Shown here: positions 1 through 8,900 of the stretch, piece after piece
How the letters are laid out: every line of letters starts with the position of its first letter
Position numbering within the stretch: the stretch's first letter is position 1
NCBI GenBank assembly: GCA_951804945.1
Contig: OX638156.1
Coordinates: forward strand, 38,564,001 to 38,628,000
DNA length: 64,000 bases
From: Podarcis cretensis
Taxonomy: Eukaryota
Reading direction: 5' to 3'
Translations under genes and position numbers: made by a program
Notes under the pieces: generated by a model
Told to the model about the DNA's origin: nothing
Databases searched by the model: none
Seen by the model: the letters and a program-made list of their open reading frames with translations, nothing else

Positions 1-89
1 CCCACCTACCATCTGCTGGCCATAGCCTTGGGGGTATAGGTCAAGCATATCATTGCATTCACACCACAGACGTGTTTGCTTCGTTTCAG

Positions 90-139
90 CTTTGGGATTG
101 TCCTGTGGGAGATCGCAACTTGCAAGATCCCATTTGAAG
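90..139 (+). CDS. MLKL: MLKL antepenultimate coding exon
   Basis: tttcag|C TTT GGG ATT GTC CTG TGG GAG...GAA G|gtgagg; [10 protein letters not shown] kinase subdomain IX. Confidence 0.92.
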
Positions 140-3100
140 GTGAGGCATGGATGGGGGCAGGGTTGGGCTCATTCTTTTGGGAAGGGATCAGCAGGCAGGC
201 TCTGCAGACTTAGGAGCGCAACTGAGACTACAATCCGAAGCTGCTAGGGGAGGGGGGCTGTTTTTCAGAAGCCGTCCGAGATTCCTTGCACTTCCCTTTA
301 CATGCAAATATTACAGACTGGCAAAGTGTAATTCCTGGTGAAATAGATGTAACTGTTCAGCTTCAATCTGGTAAAGCTCCAGGCTCCTCCTCTATCCTAC
401 CTGGTCAGTTAAAATCTATCCTAAAGTGCTGAGCACCTATTACCGTACTTTCAGTTCTTGGATTATATTTGGATTAAAGCTATAATAATCCCTGTTTAAA
501 AAGCTCAAAGAAAAAGTAGATAGACTTAGCAGGATTATTTTTAGCAGCCTCCTTTCAGTTATAGAGAAGTAATGTGCTGGGTTTTTAATCCAAACTTTTC
601 TGACTTGGGTTGAAGACAACCATCTCCCAGGGGAGAAACAGATTCATCTCAGAGCAGGTCAGTGTATTATTTGTTGCAGTGTATTAGCCCACATTGCAGA
701 GAGAGATACATACCTCATTTCCTGGCAGTGGGTTTTTCTCTTACTTCCATTGATTTTAAGTCAGCTTTGGACTTGGTTCCAAAGGAACTGTTATGATCCA
801 AATTCAGTAAAACCCTCTGTGGTGAGCTGAGCCTAGGGATAGATGAATATGTCAGTTCCTGCTTCTCTCACTATCTATTTCCACCTCCCCACCCCCAAAC
901 TTCAGTTCACATTTCTGCACCACTGTGCTTTTTTCTTTCTTTTAAAAGTCCTCATGAAAATCCATCAGCATTTCAGTCCACAATATACACATTTTGTATG
1001 CATTTTTGCCCAGTATGCACATTTTTGCAAGCATTTCTCCCCCAATACATTTTCACTAATAAATGAATTTTATACACTTTCCTCACACATTTCCTCCACT
1101 TTCCTCTCCTTCCTTGGAGGTTTTTAAGCAGAGGTTAGATGGTCATTTGTCATGGATGCTTTAGCTGAGATTCCTGCATTGCTAGGGCTTGGAGCAGATG
1201 ACCCTTGAGGTACCTTCCAGCTCTACAATTCCATGATTTTTTTGTACACAGCATTCGGTTGTAGAACTGCATCAAAAAATTCAGAGAGGTGTTAATTTCA
1301 AAGGATGGTTATGTCAGTTTTAGTCTGCGTAGACTCTTTGAGATGAATGGACATGACTAACAGGTTTATTAATGTCAATAGGTCTACTTTGAGTAAAACG
1401 CAGTTGGCTCCAGCCCTAAAATCCTAAGCAAACTGAATTTCTCCCACATCCCTATCTGAGCCATGTGTCCATCCTGCTACTATCTTGAGGAAGTAGGACT
1501 CCAAACTTTTGCATGTACATAGTCAGAATGCCCCTTTTATGTTGGTGGAGGAGGCACTGTGGTGGCACTGTGCTTTCTGGAATGGGTGGGATGACGTGGC
1601 ACCGTGAGAGCTGGGAAGCCACTGGCGCCAACCTGGAGTCTCCTTGCTTCACCCCATCCTCATGCAGATTAACACAGTGCTGTTGCTGCTGGGAAGACAC
1701 CACTGCTTTCAGCCACACATTCCAAGAGTCACCACTAGAGCACAGGTCTCTGTGTGGTTCTGTATGATTTCCTGACCTGCTTTCCCACTGCAACTCTCTT
1801 CCCCAGCTGCTTGTCTTCTTATGAAATCCCAGACAAGGGAAGATAACACATCTAGATCCCAGTGGGTGTGTGGAAAGGATTGGAGCAGAACAGGGGCTGG
1901 CAGGGAACTGCTTATGTACTTACCCCGTCACTTCTCCTTTGAAACTTGAATGCCCTCCCGCAGCAGATTTCATAACAGTTTTGGTCCCTGCCTTTGCAAT
2001 CAGTGTTCATTGGGGCCTAAGAGCAAGGAGTAGGGTTGTATATCTCCCTGTGTGTCCACATGGAGCCACCCAGGCCAAGATTCCTATCCCTGGCTGGATC
2101 TACACAGATATAAAAAATGCTATGGGAGAAAAACGCACTCTCTCTATATAGAGCTCCCAATGGAATTTGCCATTGACTTTGGATTGCAGCTCTACAGCCC
2201 CATCTGGTGTCACATTTTTATAGCGCACTTATAACATTATAATTGTAGCTGTGTAGCTGAGTCTCCTGTGATTATTAACTCAGGTTGCACTGCAAAGGAG
2301 ATCCGTGATAAGGTTTGCAATCAGGAGCAAGAACCTCTGGGAGACGACTGCCCCCCACGTCTGCGGGACGTCATCAACAAATGCCGGGATTTCGACCCTT
2401 CCCAGCGGCCAACTGCTGAAGGTACCAGTGACCTGGCCTGTAGCAGGTCTTGGGGACCAGAGATGTGGGCATGGCAGCTAAAGGGATCCAAATCATCATA
2501 CCCTATTCTTCCTCCACAAGCAAAGCAAAACTGGCATAGGTAGCCTCTCCCTGCCCTCCCCTTGCTTGGCCTCACTATTTGGAATGTTCCATTCTTTTCT
2601 TTTAAAAAAAGGTAACTCGCAACTTATGCACATTTAACTTATGCACATTTAATTCAGCTTTAAGCACATGGCAAACAAACAAACAAACAGGGAGGGGGGA
2701 AAGTTCAGGAAAAAAGAATTTGGCAATCCTACTTGCCATTGAATGCAGTGTTTTTTGACTATACACAATTTTTGCCTTATGTGCTATCCCCGAAATGTAA
2801 CCCCCATGAAAGATGAGAGTTGTCTATACTATCAAACAAGCACCAGACAACAATAGCATACAGAAAAGGGAAACAAAGGCAAGCAACATGTCCCCACTCA
2901 GTAAAAAAGCAAACAAGCAGGCAAAACAACAGGACATACCTGTGTGCCCTGCAATGGTCTAAGATAAATGCAATATACATCTGAAAACTAACTGTGTTAA
3001 CAAAAAAATACTAGAGGCAATACACCTAGAATTAAGACACCAGGCCCCTCCAAAACAACACAACAATAAGCAACAATGGTGGTGGTAGTGTTCCTCTGGG

Positions 3101-3416
3101 TAAGAATTAATAAAGGAAATAAAAGGGTAACCAATCCTCATGGAACTTGTCTCTATCAAGTTTCACCCCTCACAACTTTACAGTATTGCTTTAACTTGCA
3201 GTTCTGCAAAAGTAATTGCATTTTTGTGGATGAGTTACTTATCAATCTCCATTTGAGCAGCCACCCAAAGGTGAAGTGTTAACGATTAAAATAATACACT
3301 TTTATTAACTCCATTCTGAAAACCAGCTTGCCTTTGTTTTTGCAGAGATTGTGAAGCAACTCATTGTTCCTGACCTTTTGAAGGAGGAAGAGCCTGACCA
3401 CACGATGGGGGACTGA
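90..3416 (+). CDS. MLKL: Mixed lineage kinase domain-like pseudokinase, 3' part only (last three coding exons: 90-139, 2284-2421, 3346-3416)
   Basis: Spliced translation (S)[85 protein letters not shown] matches the recalled human MLKL C-lobe ([26 protein letters not shown]...QEPLGEDCP...DPSVRPSVDEILKKL). AG/GT sites are in phase and the gene is syntenic with RFWD3 and GLG1. Confidence 0.93.
834..1454. mobile_element. Non-autonomous hAT DNA transposon with a nested CR1 fragment
   Basis: Termini TAGGGAT...ATCCCTA; 8-bp TSD gctgagcc (826-833) / tctgagcc (1455-1462). Confidence 0.7.
1104..1237 (+). mobile_element. CR1 LINE 3' end fragment
   Basis: TCTCCTTCCTTGGAGGTTTTTAAGCAGAGG...GATTCCTGCATTG...CCTTCCAGCTCTACAATTCCATGATT, a typical CR1 3' terminus. 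Confidence 0.75.
2284..2421 (+). CDS. MLKL: MLKL penultimate coding exon
   Basis: actcag|GT TGC...GAA G|gtacca; EPLGDDCP...DPSQRP. Confidence 0.92.
2610..2826. mobile_element. Degenerate Tigger/pogo-like MITE, same family as 63135-63510
   Basis: Shares ggtaactcgcaactt...catttaactt and tttgactatac...taacccc blocks with the 63.1-63.5 kb copy. Confidence 0.55.
3346..3416 (+). CDS. MLKL: MLKL terminal coding exon
   Basis: Polypyrimidine tract and tgcag|AG ATT GTG AAG CAA CTC... in phase with the upstream exon; TGA at 3414-3416. Confidence 0.8.
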
Positions 3417-3550
3417 AATACAAGAACTTGTTCTCAGCACCATTTTGCAGGGCCACCCTGAGCATCAGCACAAAGCCAAGACCTTTTTCCAATGGGCATG
3501 TCCCTACAGCCCTTGGTCAAATTGGCGCACTGTCATAACTTGTTAATTTG

Positions 3551-3686
3551 GGCCTGGTTCACACACAATGCTGTTTAACTGTGGTTTGTTTACTGCTAGC
3601 AAACCACAGTCTCGATCCATGGTCTGCTATTATCTTATAAACCTTGGTTTGTCTTCACTATGGCTTAGTGTTACAGGTGAACCCAG
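3551..3686. mobile_element. Palindromic MITE-like repeat in the MLKL 3' UTR
   Basis: Ends ctggttcac.../...gtgaacccag with internal inverted tgtggtttg/caaaccaca. Confidence 0.4.
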
Positions 3687-4148
3687 AATCCTTCCTTAGC
3701 TATGATTTTTTTAACCACCCCACCCCAGATGCTCATCAGATTCAGCAGCAGCAAGTTTTATTATATGGTCACAGACCTGGAAAACTAATCCTTACAAAGG
3801 CATGAGGCAAGAGCTGCTGGAAAACAAAACAAACTATGGGAAAAGGACAGCTGGTGGTTCACTCAGGGCTTCTTGTGTACATGACTTTGCATTATACTAT
3901 TTGCACATTATACAAATTGTGGCTTAGTGTTAGTATATGTGAGCATAACCTTAGTAAGCTTCAATGCACTTCTTGCTTCTTGCTTCTTACAAGCCAGCTC
4001 AAAGATTTCTTTTGGCGGAAATGGTTGCCCCACCCCAATGGAAATCAATGCATGTTTTTTGATCTATTAATTAGCACAATAAGAATTCCAGACCCAATGC
4101 TTCATTCTTCAAACTTAACTAGGGGTATTGTGAGGTGTTCTGTAATTC

Positions 4149-4154
4149 AATAAA
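4149..4154 (+). terminator. Candidate MLKL polyadenylation signal AATAAA
   Basis: Canonical AATAAA about 730 nt after the stop, followed by a GT/T-rich stretch (ttttgtgtgtt). Confidence 0.5.
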
Positions 4155-4194
4155 ATTATACTGAACCCATAGTAGGAATTTTTGTGTGTTCTTC

Positions 4195-4292
4195 TGACCA
4201 CAATTTAAAGAAGGATGATATGGAGCCAGAAAGAGCACGTAAGAGGGAAATCAAAATAATGTCCTATGAGAAAAGACTAAAACGAGTTGGGG
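4195..4292 (+). mobile_element. Degraded CR1 ORF2 fragment
   Basis: cacaatttaaagaaggat...tcctatgagaaaagactaaaacgagttggg resembles the CR1 QFKKD...YEERLKELG segment. Confidence 0.45.
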
Positions 4293-5309
4293 GCGGTTGA
4301 CCTTGAGCTGGCCTCCCATGCAATTTTTTCTGCTACTCCCCCCCCCCAACCTATTTTTGGCATAAGCGACAACAATAAAAATAAAATAGATACAGTAGCA
4401 CTGGTATGGATAGAGCCCAATGCTCTGATGGAGTTGCTGCAATGATGGGTGCCAATCTGAACTTTTTCTTTGGTTTATTTCTGGAGATCATGGCATCAAT
4501 GTAGTGGGCATAACTTGATATAAAAAAACCCCATTATGAAATGTAGTGATTCTGGTACTATTCCTTACCTTAAACATGTCCTGGAATGTATGAGTAAGTA
4601 CCCTGAAATCTTAACACTTAATCTAAAGACCAGCACACTAATCTATGCTACCAGCCAAGTTTGATTATCATCTTCTGTAGGAAAAAATGGGAGTTCTGCA
4701 GACAACGGAATGTTCTTCCAGAGGGAAAGTCATGATTCAAGAAGCATGCAAGATAATTGGTTAGCTATTTATCACTAAAGTCATGTCCTGTCAGCTTCAA
4801 ACTTAGCAAGGTAAACAGAATAGCAAACAGAAATAAACAAAGGTACAAAATGGAATAAAGATGTTATAGCACACACTCATCTGAGAAGACCCCTTCCTTC
4901 TCCATATGGTAATATTGACCCAATATTTTGCAGGTTTTCAATTGTTGGGTTGCTCACATGCTTCAGCTGGACCCCATTTTTGCTTTAAAATCTCAAGGAC
5001 CGGTTTCATGTCTCGCTGGACCATGAATCAAGTAATTGTGGTGGGTGGGTGGGGGGAGACGTTAGCCTTGCTGGTACAGGCTATAATAGATCGGGAACGT
5101 GACAGGTTCAGCTTGGTTCTGAACAGATAATACCCTTCCGTTCCCTTTTCTCATGTTACTTCTAGTGTGGGTTTGTGGCATTAAGATCTGAGCCAGAAGA
5201 AGGGCCGACATTTATCTTTGCTTCTACAGTACAATGCACTGCGGTGAACTATGGTAAAATTCTGCATTTTTCCCATTCTATGCTGTGAAGAGCTGTCACT
5301 TGATGCTTC

Positions 5310-5683
5310 GGGTCAAAAACCGGAAGTCCCGCCGCACCTATGGCTATTGCAGTTGTCAGTCTTTGAACCCTTTCTGCGCATGCGCCTTGCCAATTGCGAC
5401 CTCAACTTTTCCCTTCCGCTCGCAGAGGGCGGGGCCCTTCAGAAGCGTTTCCCACCCTCTCCTTGACAGACGTATAGCCCTATGGAAATGCGACGTACGC
5501 TCCGCTCTGTCCCAATAGGAGCCGAAGCCTGCTTTCGCGCTCGGCCTTTCGCGGCTGAACGAGCAACCAATAGGGGCCGCGGGAGCTGGAGGCGGAGCAG
5601 CGGCGGGGCGCTCGAGCGACTGCAGTTGAGGGAGAGTCAGGCCCGGACTCCTGGGTCCCTTCCCTCCCCTCTGAGGGGAGGAC
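5310..5683 (+). promoter_or_regulatory. RFWD3 CpG-island promoter and 5' UTR (ETS, NRF1, GC box, three CCAAT, two E2F sites)
   Basis: CCGGAAGT 5320-5327; TGCGCATGCGC 5375-5385; CCAAT 5390-5394, 5512-5516, 5567-5571; GGGCGGGG 5427-5434; TTTCGCGC 5533-5540; TTTCGCGG 5547-5554; CpG-dense to about 6290. Confidence 0.85.
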
Positions 5684-5982
5684 ATGTCCCACCAGGAAGC
5701 GATGGACGTGGACTTCGCGCCGGTGGCCGAGGAGCCCGAGTCGCCAGCCGCCGCCCCAAGCCGCCTTCAGGAACCGGCCGCGGCAGACGGGGACGCCTCG
5801 ACGTCCGGGGCGCCTCGGCCGGCGGCTTCTCGCTCTTCATGGGGCGCCTTCGTTGGGGAGCGCGAGTCGCGGAGGCCGCCGCCGCCTCGAGCCAGGAGGA
5901 ACCCGCCTCGGCAGCAGCAGGGACCGCGCGCCGCCTCAGCCGCCGCCGCCGCCTCCTCCTCCCAACGGGCCTCCCGAGCCAG
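5684..5982 (+). CDS. RFWD3: RFWD3 coding exon 1
   Basis: [10 protein letters not shown] (human MAHEAMEYD); donor AG|gtgagg. Confidence 0.85.
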
Positions 5983-8900
5983 GTGAGGAAGGGCGGGGGA
6001 AGGGCTCGGATCCTGTGGGGAGCTTCTCAGAGTGACCATGGGGCCTGAGAGAGTACGAAGGGCTGGGCGAGGGGAGCCCCTCGGAAACGGGGCTGAGCGT
6101 GGTGGGCCCCGCGGAGGAGGGAGAAGGTGCCTGTCGGAGCGAGGCAGCTGGGGTTTGTAAACAAGAGGCCTTTCGCGTTCCCTACCCTGGGGAAGCAAGG
6201 CTGTTAGGCTTCTCGGGCGCAGGTGGCTGTCAGAACGGAGGAGGAGACGGAGGAGGAGGAGGAGGAGGCGGGTCCTCGGGAGCCAGGGAGTGGATTCTGG
6301 GGTGGGTGAAGGGGGGCCTTTCGCAGGGGTTGTGGATTTTGTGAATCTTGCGGGGTGGGGTGGTGGAGGTACCTGTGGGTCATGCGTGTGGGTATGTGGA
6401 TGAGTGGAGGGGGTACCTGTCAGAGCAAGGAGGGTTGCTAAGCGAGGGAAGGAAGTGTGTGAGTGTGTGATGGTCATAGAAGGAGCATCTCAGAGCCAGG
6501 GGATGGATCATAGGGTGTGTGCGTGAAGGAGTGTCTGTCACAGTGGGGGAGTAGAGATCCTGGGGGAACACATGTCAGAATGGGGGTGGCGGCATGGAGC
6601 CTGCAGGGTTGGTCCTTGGAGCAGCAGATGGGTTCTGCGAGGATATGTGAAGGTGGTGTCTGGTGGAGCACATGCTGAATGCAGCTGGTATTTGTAAACA
6701 AGAGGACCCTCACATTTTTCTCCCTGTGTTCCTGAAGGGGAATGGGCTACACCACTGTCATAGTGTAGTAGCAGAGCAAATAGGCATAGGCAGGATTTTT
6801 TTGAGGGGGGGGTGTCTTTTTGTTAGGGGGGCAGAATAGAGTTACCTGCAGTACAAATGGTCAGTTAAGCATTTCTATTTATTTACTTGATGTAGTGGGG
6901 GGACAGCTGCCCCCTGCACCGCACCTGGCTATGCCCATGGTAGAGCATGTGTATTGTTGTGATAGAAATTACCCAGGGGCGTTTTGCTACTGGCGTGGGT
7001 CCAATTGCAACCACGTGGATGCCAGGTTGGCGACTAATATCTTCATCTGGCTGGCTTCAACAGCTTTCTTTAGCAGTAGCTCAGCAGAAGAGCTTGCTTA
7101 TTGCATTTATATCCCATCCTTTTCTCCAAGGAGTACATGGTTCACCCCTCTCCTACAGTGACCCTGTGAGGTAGGTTAAGAGGCTGTGACTGGCCCAAGG
7201 TCACCCAGTGAGCTTCATGACTGAGTGGGGATTTGAACCTTGATCTCCCAGGTCTTAGTCCAACACTCTAACCACACTGGCTTCCTTGAGTCCTCCTGCT
7301 ATGGTGCAGTTATATAAAATAAGTAGGCTTCAGAAAGGTTTAGAAAGGAGGTACCAGGTGGGGTTGAATCCTTGGTACACATTGTTGGCTCCTATTGGGG
7401 TCAATGTTGCAGTGGGGGAAGGGGGCTTCTCAGACCCAGGGAAAGGGATATTGAGTGTTTGTGAAGGGAAGCTACTGTCTGTGAGGAATGGATACTTCAG
7501 ATGGGGGCCTGTTGGAGTGGGAGTCAGATCCTGCAAAGTTGGTCCCTAACAGAGTGTATGCGAGAGGTGGATCTTGGGGGTGTGTGAGGTGAGCATCTGT
7601 CAGTGGGAGGGTTGATCTTCCAAGGAGGTTCCTGTTGGGGGGGATCATGAGGGAAGCAGATCCTGGAGGCAGCTGATATTTGTAAGCTGGCTTCTAGATA
7701 AACTCATGTGATAGGCGTGGGGCTTTAGTTTGGTGGTGGAGCTTGTGTTTTGCCTGCAGAGTAATTTGCTTGTTTCATGTGTTCTCTACCCAGCTCTCAG
7801 AGTAACTGTCAGAGCTGCCCCAAGGTCCCAGCTCACAGAGGACCAACGCCAGGTCGTCGTTATGTGCAAAAGTCTTTATTAAAGTTCAGTTTCCATTTCA
7901 AAGCCGTAGCGTGCAGCCCCTCGTCTTAGACCCTAGACCGCCGAAGCTCCGTCTGAGTCTCCGCCCCCTAGACACCAGTTTAAGACTCTAGCCTTACTCC
8001 ACCTCTTCCGTTGTTCTTTCCTCCTCTGGGTCCATCTGCCCGCCGGGGTGTTGCCCTTTCTGGACTCTTCTGATGCTGAAGAGTCCCCGGATTCTTCCCC
8101 CTGCCTCCGGCGTGCTTTAGGACCTGGCTCCCAATCCGAGCCCCCTGCTGTCCCGCGCGCCTGTACATTTGAACTTGGCGCGCGCGCTCACCCGGCCACC
8201 TTCCTCCTGACCGTTACACTGCTCCTGTCACTGCTTCCCCCTTCGGGGGGGCTAGCTGGATCTGACTTCCCCTCCGTTCCCTCACTCAGCGATAGGGGCG
8301 TGGTCAGCCCTGACTCATCTTCCCTCCCCACTGGAGGGGAAGCCTGCCCTGACACATGGGACTCTTCCCCCCCGCTACGCTCTGGTGGGGAAACTGGTCC
8401 CGATCTCCAGCTGCTGCCCTGAGAGTCGCTGCTGGCCCCTAGCTTCTGGTGCATCCCTCCCGGGACCCCCCTTGCCCTGGCCATCGGTGCCCCCTTCTGG
8501 GAATCTTCCGAATCGCTGGAGAAGCTCATGGAATCTCTCGTCTCACTGTCATACTCTCCTACGCTGCCCTTGGATTGTTCCCCTTCGCTCTCCTCTTCCT
8601 CTCTCCCCTGTGCCTCTGCTCCTGAGCCCCTGACAGTAACTTTAAGTTAAAAAAACAAAACTCCAGCCCCTGCCCTCAGAATTTACCATCTAAAGACTTC
8701 GCACCAAAAAGAAAGGGATGGGGAAGCAAGCCCAAATACCCATTTTGTACAAGGACCTGCTGGGATGGGAGATACTTGAGGGAGAGAAGATGCACTTCAC
8801 AGAATTGGGTACAAGGATGAGCATTTGTTGTAGGAATTTGTTGAGCTACACTTGGCTACAGAGTTGAACTTACAGAGCAATGTTCATGTTGATGGAAGGT

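Noticed and set aside
5356-6477. Long overlapping ORFs (188 aa +, 236 aa -, others) around RFWD3 exon 1
   Set aside because: Shadow frames of a GC-rich CpG island; low complexity with no recognisable domain
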